Shown piece by piece: positions 25,901 to 37,948 of a stretch of 64,000 nt of DNA. Positions within the stretch are counted from its first letter, which is position 1. Every line of letters starts with the position of its first letter. The notes under the pieces were generated by a model that worked only from the letters and a program-made list of their open reading frames with translations, ran no database searches and was not told the DNA's origin. The stretch is from NCBI GenBank assembly GCA_028534125.1, contig CM052817.1:33978001-34042000 (forward strand), given 5' to 3'. A program made the position numbers and the translations under genes. This DNA comes from Lama glama. Its lineage: Eukaryota.

Positions 25901-28900
25901 GTTATATCATAAGAGAATTAGTGCTATTCATTTTTGGCACAAAGAGTTGAGTACCTTTTATGTCCAGCTACTGGATCTTTATAAAGCGTTGCTTATTTTG
26001 ACCCTTTTATGGCCTAGGTACTTGATGACAGATCCTAGAACCTTAGAGCTTTTGATAGCTTCTTTTTACTTTTTCAGAAGAGGAACCAGGCCTAAAACCT
26101 AAGGGACTTGCTCAAGATGTAGAATCCAGAATTTCTCTGTGTCCCCACCATTACATTTTTTCCTTTATATCCTTCACCAACTGCTTCAGAGCAAAAATAT
26201 GCAGTTACATACTTTATCTAAAATGTACAAATAGTAAATATCTTAGCTGACACCAAACAATTAATAATTTTGCTCATTACCTCCAACCTGAGAAAAGCTT
26301 TGACAGATGTCCTTGCAAAGGCATTTATTGGAGACTTGGCTCCTTGCTGCTGAGTCCCCTTAGTAAGTTTCCTTAGAAGTCTGCAGAACATCTAACATCC
26401 CCTTGATCTTGGGTGTGCTTTTCAGAAAGCAAAAGCAGCCCAAGGGCATCTTCTCTTGCCACCAGATGGCATGCTTGTGAATGGAGAACTGATGGAAAGA
26501 GGGGAGTTGAGGGTTCAAGTGCAGGGAAGCTCCCAGTTGGGCAGTTTTGAAGGAATCTGCATGGGATGCTCTTGCTTTATAGCAGAGAACGAAGCCTGCG
26601 TGATTTGTCCGAGGATCACAATAACCGTCAGGAAAGCGGAAAATGCAAATGTTACAGGAAAGCTATGATCAACACACGTGATTTATTAGTGCTGGGTTTG
26701 GCCATGTGGTTAAGGCAGAAAGTAGAGGGGCTGACCTGGCCCCTGGGAGGAAACCGCTTTCAGGAGCTGAGGCAGGAAGGGCCCAAACCACAGGTGAATC
26801 CACCCAGGATGGAAGCCCGCAGAAGAGTGAGCTGATGAGGAGGTGAGAATGGGATGGCGTGGCCTGACCCTGCCTCCCCAGTGAAGGGCCACCCCAATTT
26901 GTGCTGGGACATCTCTTTCTAGCACCAGGGAGCTTCAGATACTTGTGGGACTGTGGGACCCACATGTAGTATCACAGCTCCTTTGTGCCATGGTTATTTT
27001 CCTAAAAAGAGCAGGTCCAAAGAAAGAGGGGCTTAAAAATAGGGTTTTCACCCTGCCTTTGGTGCCTTCTACCCCAGATGGGCTCATGCACCTGATGGCC
27101 GCATTCATCAGCCTTTGAGGTCAGGCAGTGATGGCCTAGGTGCCTCCAGCTGTGCTTAGTGGCCTTCTCTGCTAGTCGCCCCTCTCTGTTCCTGCCTCCC
27201 ACTCCTTGTTCTCCTTTCCCGCCTGCTTCTGTGCATACTCACCCCCCAGCTTTTCATGTGAGCCCTCTGGGAGCTTCCGTGTCTCTTCCACTTCACCCTT
27301 AGCCACTGCCTCCCCTGCTCACTGACTTCAAGAGTCCTCCCTTCTCCTTTCCCTCTCCTCCCTACCCCCTCCCCCTCATCTCCCTCTCCTCGACTGGTCC
27401 TGAGGTCACTGTCCCCCAAGAGCACATGCACATGAAGTCAAAGCTCCTGTCCCCCCACATCCCACAACTGTGGTACTGCTGGAGATTCTGGTGGGACTGG
27501 CAGGGGGTCGGGCTGGGATGTCAGGGTTTCCAGCGTGCAGCCAGGGTGGCAAATGAGGGCTGTAAGTTCCACGAGTCTCCATCCCTCCTCGCTGCCGTCA
27601 GTGACGAATCCTGTGTGCTGAAGTCTTTGGGACTGGTTCTCTGCCCTTTTCTGCTCCCCTGCCTGCTGCCATGTCCTCTGAGATCCTAGCATCCACCTAG
27701 AAGTCCCTCTGCACCATTCTAATCTGGAATTTGCTGGTTCTCCCTTAGCAGTCGAGTCATGGCCATCTCTGCCGTACTCCAGCCACCTTGGGCCTTGTCA
27801 TTTCCTCCTCAGCCCCTGTATTCTTTGTAGTCTGCACTCCCTCCCTGGATGATTTCATGGACACCCCTGGCTACCACTCCCACAGACACCCCGTGTGTGC
27901 TGGTGAGTATGTTTGTGGCCCTAATCCACCTCCCCAACTCGATTTGCAATAACTTTCAGCTGCCAGCTGCTGGTTCAAATGCCCCTAAATCAGTTTTCCC
28001 CCTTCCAGTCTGTTGGCACCCCATCTTCCCATCACCTCAGCCAAAAATAGTGGTGTTTTCTCTCTTTTTTCTTGCTTCCTCACTGCCCAGTTCCAACCCA
28101 TTCCGAGGCCCTGTCCTCAGCTAGTAAACACCCATCCCTTCTGTCCATCCCCACACCTCTGGCTTATTCTCTTATCAGCTCTGGTCTGAATTTAGTTGTC
28201 TCCTACCTGTCCTGGTCACTAGTCCTTCACTGCTCCTGTTGGGGTTCCCCCCCACCCCAGGAAACATACACCCATAACTCCGCATCAGGGCAGCCTCACC
28301 TCTTCACCCTGACAAAGGAAGCCCTACTGGGTCTCTAGCCTCACACCTCGATGCCGCGATGATTCTGATGGTACCATCTCTAAGCACGCACCTTGCTATT
28401 TATGTGACATTTGCTCTTGTGGTCCCCCACCTGCTAGATCTTCTCTGCCTGCAGCCTGGCCAGGTCACACACATCTTTTAATTTGAGCTCTGGGAATCCT
28501 TTCTGACCCCTCCTCTTGCCCACCTGCTCTGTTGTCCTATTTGCCTGGGCCTGCTTCATTGTACAGTAATTGTCTGTGTGAGTCCATCTTCCCGACTGGG
28601 CTGCTCTGGATTCCTGGTCCCCAGCCCCACCCAGGCCAAATGGTAGGAGCTCAATTACCGTTTCATCAATGAAGACATGTTTCAGAAGTGCTTGCTTTGT
28701 TACTGAGCTGTCTCTCTTTGCCACAAATGACTAACACGCCAGCTTTTCTTCCTCTGTCCTTCAGTCCCTTCTGTCAATTAGTTCATAATCTTTAGACCAA
28801 TGTTGAAATATACTTAAGGAGCTGCTTTAAAAAAAAAAAACCAAAAAAAAAGCTGTGCTACAGGAAGTCTTTGTTATTTTGTGATTTTAAACTGACTTTT

Positions 28901-30102
28901 AAATGGCTGATCATTTTACGATGGTCTCTGGCTATTGCTTGAAACCGTCTATTGTCTTGAATATTGAAACAGATTGTGTCTAATCACTAAATATCCTGGA
29001 CCTAATGTAGTACAAAGACCTGGCGTGCAGAGAGAAAATTTCGTTTATTTTTAAAAGCTAAGTACAAATTTGCATTGTGCCAAGGACTTACCTTTTCAGG
29101 CCCTGAACATAGGAGTATTGTGATGAGAGACTTAAAGGATAGTGAGGAGATTGTCCCAGTTACTTGTTATTTACCTCCTGTCAAACCCAAATGGATTTTA
29201 ACAATGAGTTCTACCCATTTGAGTACTTCAAATCTGTGTATTACAAGATTAAAGATACAGCTGAGCTTTTCTTTTACCCAGAAAATCCTTCGGAAATAGA
29301 TTTGTGAATTGAAATTCATGTGACCCATTTAAGACTGTTCTCAAACTTGTCCATGGAGGTGCTTTTAAAAGTTGAAGGCAGTAGGGATTTGGATGGTGGT
29401 GTTTGGGAGTATGTAGTTTTGAGGCAGTTTAACTTCTTTGAAAACTTGTGTTTTTTTTTTCCCCTGAAAAATTTTCTTTCTTTCTGTTTTATGATACGTA
29501 ATATACTATAAAAGAATGTTTACACTTGTTTGCCACTGAGTGAAACTGACCTTCAAGGAGACAGTTAGCAAACATCCTAGATCAGAAAAGCGCCGCTCTG
29601 TAGGATGATGTCCCAAATTGTCTTCCCGTGTCCTGCACCCCTGCATCTCCCGTATGTCGTCATTCCTTCTCCCAGCACGTCATGTATTCCTGGTGCCCTG
29701 TGATCCTTTGAGGCTGGAGATGGGTCCAGGCCTTGCTTTGGAGTCTGAGAGCTCACAGTTTGGGTGTGGGTGGGATGGGGTCCTCATAGGATGCATCTTT
29801 GCTCAAATACACTTACAGACAGAGACACATGCAAACACACAAAGTCTTGACTCACCTCTTACGCCCCCCCCCGGAGCTTTTCATCATCCTTTTGGGCAGA
29901 ATAATAGCTGCCTCTTTTGAGTCTTGGGACATGCTTGTCCCCTTTCAGTACTTTTATTTCATGTACGTGGATTTGTCTCCTACACAGGGCTGAATTCCCT
30001 GTCGGCATCTAGCTCACTACCATAGTCATAATTATGCAGCAGACGCATGTTGAAATAGAAGACTTCTTAATGGTTTTGCTGGCGTGTCCTCACTGCAGTG
30101 GA

Positions 30103-30164
30103 ACGGGGGCCATGCTGGGACCCTCCGTGGCACGGGGGCCATGCTGGGACCCTCCGTGGCACGG
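30103..30164. repeat. Perfect 29-bp tandem duplication
   Basis: ACGGGGGCCATGCTGGGACCCTCCGTGGC twice (30103-30131, 30132-30160) followed by ACGG. Confidence 0.97.
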
Positions 30165-31163
30165 CTTCCTTCACAGTGGATTCACTCTCTCCCTGCTACT
30201 GGGCAAGAGCATTTTTTAGGACTCGTGTGGTTTTCACTGAGCTCATACCCCTCTCCCCCAGCTTTATTCTATTTCCAGTATCATCTACTTGTTTTTAAAG
30301 CCTCATGGGTGTTGGGGCCAATTACTAGGATCCTTCCGTCTTGATTTTTATCTAGTTTATTCCTATGGGAATGTAGAAGTATGTCAGAAACAGTAGGATG
30401 TACAAACCATTAGCTTTTTTATTACAAATTGCGGTGGAAGAGTATGTGAACCAAAGAGTAGCTGAACTACAATGGAGCTTTGAGTTTTGCCTTAGTCACA
30501 GCTCCACTTCCCCAAAACCAGAGTAAGTCTCTCTACGTGGGTTTTCTTCCCCACCATCATTTTGCCTGGTTCCTTATATCTGCGTCCAAAGAGGAGAAGG
30601 TTTTGAAATGACTTCCTTACTTTTAACCCCGGCTATAAATCCAGTCTTTGCACCTTTAGACACTTGAGAAAGATGTAACAAGTTGAGGAGGACAGTTGAG
30701 ACTCAAGATTGAAGTAACAGTTGACATGGTCCAACCATTACCAAAGGTGATTGGGGCACACTCCATGCTCAAGAAAGTCACCCCCATTTACACAGATCAT
30801 TAAGAACCTTCTACTGTAGAAGCCCAGTCTAGACTCAGATCACGGAAAATACAGGCCTACCTTGAATGGTTTATTTTTGCTTAGAAGAAGAAAGGTGGAT
30901 AGCTTTTTTTTTTTTTTTTTTTTTGGGATGGAGAAGCAGAATCTTTTTTCTCTGAGTTTGGGTTGACTGATGGGAGTTCTCAGGGAGTCTGAGCTGCTGC
31001 CCTCACCATAAACCACACCCACAACGCAAGGTCTGCAATTTTTAATTTCAGTTTCCTTAAACGTAGTGCTTCTGAGACAGTCGGATGCAGAATCCCCCTG
31101 TGTAAATGAATTGGAGGCCCTCCCCCAATCTTCCAGTGTTTAACCCACATTTAATTGGAAGTA

Positions 31164-31663
31164 NNNNNNNNNNNNNNNNNNNNNNNNNNNNNNNNNNNNN
31201 NNNNNNNNNNNNNNNNNNNNNNNNNNNNNNNNNNNNNNNNNNNNNNNNNNNNNNNNNNNNNNNNNNNNNNNNNNNNNNNNNNNNNNNNNNNNNNNNNNNN
31301 NNNNNNNNNNNNNNNNNNNNNNNNNNNNNNNNNNNNNNNNNNNNNNNNNNNNNNNNNNNNNNNNNNNNNNNNNNNNNNNNNNNNNNNNNNNNNNNNNNNN
31401 NNNNNNNNNNNNNNNNNNNNNNNNNNNNNNNNNNNNNNNNNNNNNNNNNNNNNNNNNNNNNNNNNNNNNNNNNNNNNNNNNNNNNNNNNNNNNNNNNNNN
31501 NNNNNNNNNNNNNNNNNNNNNNNNNNNNNNNNNNNNNNNNNNNNNNNNNNNNNNNNNNNNNNNNNNNNNNNNNNNNNNNNNNNNNNNNNNNNNNNNNNNN
31601 NNNNNNNNNNNNNNNNNNNNNNNNNNNNNNNNNNNNNNNNNNNNNNNNNNNNNNNNNNNNNNN
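31164..31663. other. Assembly gap (500 N)
   Basis: Run of exactly 500 N. Confidence 1.
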
Positions 31664-32204
31664 CTGTAGTCTTTTTTTTTTTGGTTGAGCCACTAAGCTA
31701 CACTTATGAAGTGGGTTGCTTGGTTATCAGAGAATTAACAGCTCTCCCCCAACACATACACACACTCGTATTTCATCAATTTTCATAACTTGTACTTAGT
31801 TTATCTATAATACAGTATCAAGTCCAACTTCCATAAACAGGTTTGAGAATAAAACCAAAGGATGCAGATGGTGTGAGAAGAAAAGCAAAGATGTGTGGGA
31901 GAAAAAACTAGTAGCCTTGAGCATCGGGGTCTCTTGGCCAATAGTCAGTGTGGTTAAAACTTCTAGGTTATTCAGCCCAGAGGATTAAAAGAGCTTCTGT
32001 TATGAACACCTACTTTGTATACGGTAATAGAGAGCTGGGAAGAAAGATGCTGTTGATGCCTGCAAGCACCACTATGTGGAACAAATAAAAATAATAACTG
32101 GTAATTTTTTAATGATGTAATTTAAGATAAACGTGAGGGGCTAACAGAAAGAGCTGAGGTGGCTGAAAACACCTGGGCCTTGAAGAATTGTTGATTTTTT
32201 TTTA

Positions 32205-32737
32205 ATTTTAGTTTTTTTTTAATTGTGGTTAAATATACATACTTTAAAATGTACCATTTTTAAGTGTCTAATTCAGTGCCATTAAGTACATTCACAATGT
32301 TGTGTAATCATCACCATATCCATTTCTAGGACTTTTTTTTTTTAAATCATCCCAAGCAGAAACCCTGTACCCATTAGACAATAACTCTCCATTTCCTCCT
32401 TTCCTTAGCCGTTGGTAACCTCTGCCTCTATCCTACTTTCTGTCTCCATGAATTTGCCTCTTCTTGGTACTTCATATATGTGGAACCATACAGTATTTAT
32501 CCTTTTGTGCTGGCTTATTTCACTTAGCTTAATGTTTTCAAAGTTCATCCATTTTATTGTAGCCTATGTCAGAATTTCATTCCTTTTTATGACTGAATAA
32601 TATTCTGTTGTATGTGTATTCCACATTTTGTTTATCCATTTATCTGTTGATGGACAGTTGGGTTATTTCTACCTTTTGCACCTTTTGGCTATTGCGAATA
32701 ATGCAGCTATGAATGTTGGTGTACAAGTATCTGTTTC
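32205..32737 (-). mobile_element. L1MB-like 3' end
   Basis: aattgtggttaaatatacata...aagtacattcacaatgttgtg...ggctattgcgaataatgcagctatgaatgttggtgtacaagtatctgttt. Confidence 0.9.
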
Positions 32738-34539
32738 AACCAGTTAAAGAGGTTACAGAACATATGTTGGTATTTATCTTGAGCTCTTGTTAAAATCTTG
32801 CATTGTCAACTGTTCATAAGTTCCCCTTTCCTCTCTTGTTTATGCTCCTTGAGAGCAAGGACTGTCTCCTGGGTTCAGCACTTAGCAAGATACATGGAAA
32901 ATATTTGCTGAATAGGTCCTGGAGTTCCTAGCCCAGAGCAAGCCATCGTTCACTATCACTTGGTCCCCAGAATGATGGGTTTTGCCTTTTACCATTTTGG
33001 TGGTGATGGGGTGCTCATTAATTAACATGTGTGCAGGGGACAGAAAATAACTTAGTATTTTTATTAGCCAAACATAATTAAGGGAAGTGCATTTTCTAAT
33101 GCAAAGGGTCCTGATATAGATAAAACCCAATTCAGAAAACATTTGTTGAGAACTTGCTATGTACCATATTTCAAAATGTGTGATGCCAGAGCAATTTCAA
33201 ATCTCAGTTGGAATAACTTATTGGTCTTGATTTTTAACTATAATAAAGGTATATATACACATACACACATACACATAATCCATCTTTTACCATGAATCTC
33301 TAGACTTCTTTTTATTGTGAGAACATTATAACAACATTCAAGAGAGTTTGGAAAAAAAGAATCATATCTACAGTCCCACTCTTGATATAAGCTCTATTTT
33401 CATTTTATAGTGTGAGTTTGAGGGTTGAACTTGTACATAGTTTATTTTGAAAACAGAACCGTGAATGCATCTGGTGGCGATTATTTTAAAAATGTATTAT
33501 TTTTTAAAACTCTAGGAGTAAAGCTTAACTAGTGATCTCCAATTTGGAGGTGCCTTGTTTGGAGGTACCCATAGTAGTTTTAATGGATGAATTAAACCTT
33601 CCTTATTTTAGTGGAGCCACAGAGTGGACATTTGTCCTCTTTGGGGGATAGGTCAATGGACTATTGGCATCTCTTTCCGGGCTTGGGTGTTTAGGAAGCT
33701 GTCCTTCCTTCAGTCTTTTATATGTTCAGGGATTGAAGGGAGTCTTTTGATGACTATGTGAGTACAATGATCCTTACTCTGAGGGTCCTAAGACCTTGGA
33801 GTAAGCAGGGGGGTAGGGTCTAGATGTAGACCAGCATGGTGCATCAGTAGAAGCCAAATGGGTGATGGGGCTGAGCATGTTGGAGGGATTTAGTGGGGAC
33901 AGGTAATCATGACCTAGGGTGGTTAGGCAACAACATCCATGAGGACTGGGCTTTCCACGTGGCGACAAGATGTATTGGTGAAGTAGCTGTGTCCTGGGGA
34001 CACGGGCAGAGAGATGGGCATAACAAGGAGTGAAGAATATTTGCAGAGTCCTTGACCTAAGGTTCTGTCTGATTGGAGAGACTGGTTGGGTCCAGAGGAG
34101 ACAGCTGGAAAATAATCCTGTGAATGTGTTTGGTAATGTACATGATGTCAGTAGGGTTTTTGAGGCTGGGAGTGGGATTGTTGAAAAGATGGTGTTTTTG
34201 GCTGATGGATCTGAGGGTTATTAGGGAGGATGACTTGGGAGGGGCGTGTGCAGAGACTGGAGGCACGGAGATCTTTTAGAGAGGATGTTCTCTCTGTGAC
34301 ATTGTTAAATGGCTAGGCTGGGGTGGGGTGGCAGGAGTGGAAAGTCACACGAGGATGTGTGGCCAAGGCTCTGAGGAAAGATTGCTATGATTTGCTGCCA
34401 AGGAGGGAGAAGTCAGGCAGAAATCTGTTTGGGAAATGATGGAACCATTTGCATCCATAGGAAGTGAGTAACTCAGGACTGATTGAAGGGAAGATAAGAG
34501 ATTCTGTTTTTAGAGTAATTGTGTCTTGTACTTACTGTG

Positions 34540-34940
34540 TTTTCTATGTGCTTGAGCACAGTTCTGAGTACTTGATGTAACTGCCTTATGAAATAGGTGC
34601 TGTTACTGTCCCTACTTTACAGATGAGGAAACCGAGGCTGAGTTGGTTAGTAACTTGCCTAAGGGCTACACACTTAGTAAGTGGCAGAGCTGGGATGCAG
34701 ATCCAGACAGTCCTATCTCAAGAGCCACATTCTTATCTAAGATGCTTTATTGCTTAACTGTAATAGCTAGCTTTTATTATAAACTGCCCAGTCCTGTGTT
34801 AAGCTTCGTTCACGTATTTATTGCATTTGATTCCCATAAGAACTCTGTGAAATGAGCATGGGGATCTATCATCATTTTCCAAATGTGGAAACCTGGGCAC
34901 AGAGAGGTCAAGTGGCCTGCCTTAGGTCACACAGCTAGGC
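34540..34940 (-). mobile_element. Two adjacent MIR SINEs
   Basis: tttacagatgaggaaaccgaggctgag..ggttagtaacttgcctaagg and ggaaacctgggcacagagaggtcaagtggcctgccttaggtcacacagcta. Confidence 0.85.
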
Positions 34941-35699
34941 CTTGCCTACATTGGGGTGGCAGGTCTCTAGAAGTTAGTAATATTTATTCAACCAGATTGT
35001 AATTTATTTAACCAGATTGTAGTAGCTACATTGTCCTTAAGATCCACTCTTGAGAAGATTGAATTGATTGAAATATATTGCAATATAAATTCTTTGAGAA
35101 TTTTTGGATAGAATTAACTATTAGCATCGCTTGTATTGACACAGAACAACTCCTCTTTTTTAAAGCAGATAAGTTATTGAAATAATAGCATCTCCATTTA
35201 CCACTGTGCCCAATTTCATTACTTAATGCTTTGTATGCCTTTAAGAACGATCCCAGCCATGTTGTTTCCATGTTCTGGCTCCTCCTTTTAGAAGCTCGGC
35301 CTAGCGGGCACAGTCTCGTATGTAGCACTTCTCATGTTGTTGGTGCTTAGTAACATTTGACGATTATAACTGTCCTCATTGTTAATCGTCTGTAAATCAG
35401 GGCTGCTGAGCATCTTCTGATCTGGGGGTGGACTTGGCGTGACATCACGGAGCTACAGTTGATACCATGGTTGAGAGGCGCCCAGATGAAATGTTTGTCT
35501 GGACAACAAACTGGACTTGAGACTGATCACTCATACACACCTTCAAGGGCAGGAAACCTTCTCGGAGCCCCTTTGGTCTGTACCTCTCCACGGATTCTGT
35601 TTACCCTACCTTTAGATGTCAACAGGCCTCCTATTTTTTTTTTTTTTGACTTTTAACCTTGTTTGACTACAGATCTATTTCTGTGCTTTCTCCTGCTGC

Positions 35700-36972
35700 A
35701 GCTCTCCAAGGAGAGGTCTACACTCGCAGCCTTTAACCTTGACGCCAACAGAAATTCCCACTCAACTGAAACTGGATTTCCTGTGGTGTCTCTCTAACCA
35801 AACCTGGGGGCTTGTGTTCCTGCCCTTTGATCTTGCTCAGCATCTGCCCAGGGACCCACCCGCCTTGTCTTTGAAACCTTCTGCTGTGTTGCCTTCCTTA
35901 CCTCTTAGCCTCTCCCCTTCCTTTCTGGTGGTTTCATTTTTAAAAAATCTCTCTTGACTCTTTGCTACACCCTCTCAGCTGGAAGAGCTCTCCAGGATCG
36001 ATACTCATTGTGTTCCTCTTTTTTCCACAAACGCTTTCCTTTGATTATTTGATACTATCTTTTAACTTCACAGGTTAAAAGTTTCTCCTCTTCCACCACC
36101 TGAATTTCAAGTTGTCAGGTGAGAACCTGACAGGTAGCACCTGGGAGCAGGTCTCTTGCCTCTCCCGTCCCAGTCCTGTTCTGACCATGCCTCTGTCTCC
36201 CCATCCCCGCCTTCCTGAACTTGAGAGGCTCCTGGTATGGCTTCTCCTGCCGCCTCTGCCTCCCACAACCCCTTCCTCCACCTGGCTTGGATGGCTTTTA
36301 CTCCTCCTTCAGAACCCATGTCAGTTCGTATCACCACCTTGTATGTGTGGAGGGGGCAGAAGTCTCAGGTACATGAACCTTTCCCCTTATGATCCTGCAG
36401 AAGTGATTGAAAGCCCCCTCAGGAAGCTCTGTTATCCTGGTGCCCCAGCCCCCCTCACCCAGGTCATATATGAGTCAACCTTGTGTGTTTTTCATGGCCC
36501 TGTAACCTATAACCATGAAAGTGCCCTCTCTCTGACAGTACGTCATGTCTTCCTCTGTAGTCTCAAATCCCTACTGTGGATTCCGTGGCTTCTGCTTACG
36601 TGGGGACCAGAGCTGTTCACTGATTGCCTTGAATCTAGCTGACCTGTGGTATCTCATTGTGCACGAGTGTGTATATGGTCTATACCTATGTACGCGTCTG
36701 TCTTCTCTTTTGCCTTGTCTGATATTGTGAAGGTCCAGCCCACCTCTTACATCTTCTTTAGCATAAAGCTAAATCTTGTATCTATGTTTCCATATTCTGA
36801 CGTTGAACACTGTGTACTCTAAGCGCTTTGGTGTGTAAGGACTGTGTGTCCCACTTACTTGGATTCTCCCCTAGCACCTACCACAATGCTTTCGCAGATC
36901 ACAAGTGATAGATGAACAGATAACTTGCCTTCGTGCAACAGATGCATGCGTGTATGCATGAATGAATGAACA
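35700..36972 (+). mobile_element. Degraded L2 LINE
   Basis: C/T-rich body ending ccctagcacctaccacaatgct...atgaatgaatgaa; boundaries rough. Confidence 0.55.
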
Positions 36973-37678
36973 AGCTGCAGTGAATTTTTCTAAGGCTCAG
37001 GTTTCATATTCAGAGTCTCAGTTTTGAATCTTTAAATTAGTTTCTTATGTAGGAAACCACTCTAGACACTAGGATGATTAGGCTGCAACCCAGTGTATGC
37101 TAGGGAATGTGGCCTGATCACTAAAATAAGATTTTCATTTTTTGCATTTGTTGTTTGAAACTCATAGATCTCCTTTTGTTGAACATCACCATATAAGGAG
37201 GATTGCATAGACATAACTGAATTCACAGAGCTTTAAGAAAAAGCCAAGCTATGTCACGGTCATGTATATTTTGCCAAAAGAGTGACGGGCCAGTCATCTT
37301 TCATAAGAGTGTGAGATTTTGTTTTTGTTATTTCTAAGCTGGGTGTTGGCATGTCAGTATCATCGCCATGGCCCGTGTTCAGAGTGGAAACTTGACCCCA
37401 ATGTGTGTTTAACCCAGAGAAGGCCGTGGCATCAGCACATCTTGGCCTGCATACCAAATGTGACCCTCAGGATTAATTGAGGGTTGCAGAAAATAACTTA
37501 ATTTTCTAGATGAACATAAGAAACTTTAAACAGAACTCTTGTCACCATAAATAGCTGGGCAGCTTTGTCCTATTTTTATTGTCGAGGACACAGAAGATGG
37601 AAATCAATATTGGAAGAAAGGCTTTATTCCGCCAGAGAAAAAGATCATGTTCAACACGATTTTCGTTTTTCTTGGCAG

Positions 37679-37948
37679 GCTTGTCTCAACCATCTGGGAG
37701 TCCAGGGGGACTGTCTCCACCATCCATCCATCCAGCAAAATCAGAGTTAATCGTCAGTGTTGGCGACGAGATTAGGCTGTTATGCACCGACCCAGGATTT
37801 GTCAAATGGACTTTTGAGACCCTGGGTCAGCTGAGTGAGAACAGACATGCGGAATGGATCATGGAGAAAGCAGAGGCCACGAATACGGGCAATTACACGT
37901 GCACCAACAAAGGCGGCTTCAGCACTTCCACCTATGTGTTTGTGAGAG
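37679..37948 (+). CDS. KIT: KIT exon 2 (Ig-like D1)
   Basis: Acceptor tttttcttggcag, 270 nt, [43 protein letters not shown]...YVFVR, donor GTAAAT. Confidence 0.99.

Noticed and set aside
30103..30164. CRISPR-like 29-bp direct repeat
   Set aside because: No spacer, only two copies, mammalian intron
31106..31693. ORFs of about 180 aa across the N run
   Set aside because: Artefacts of the assembly gap
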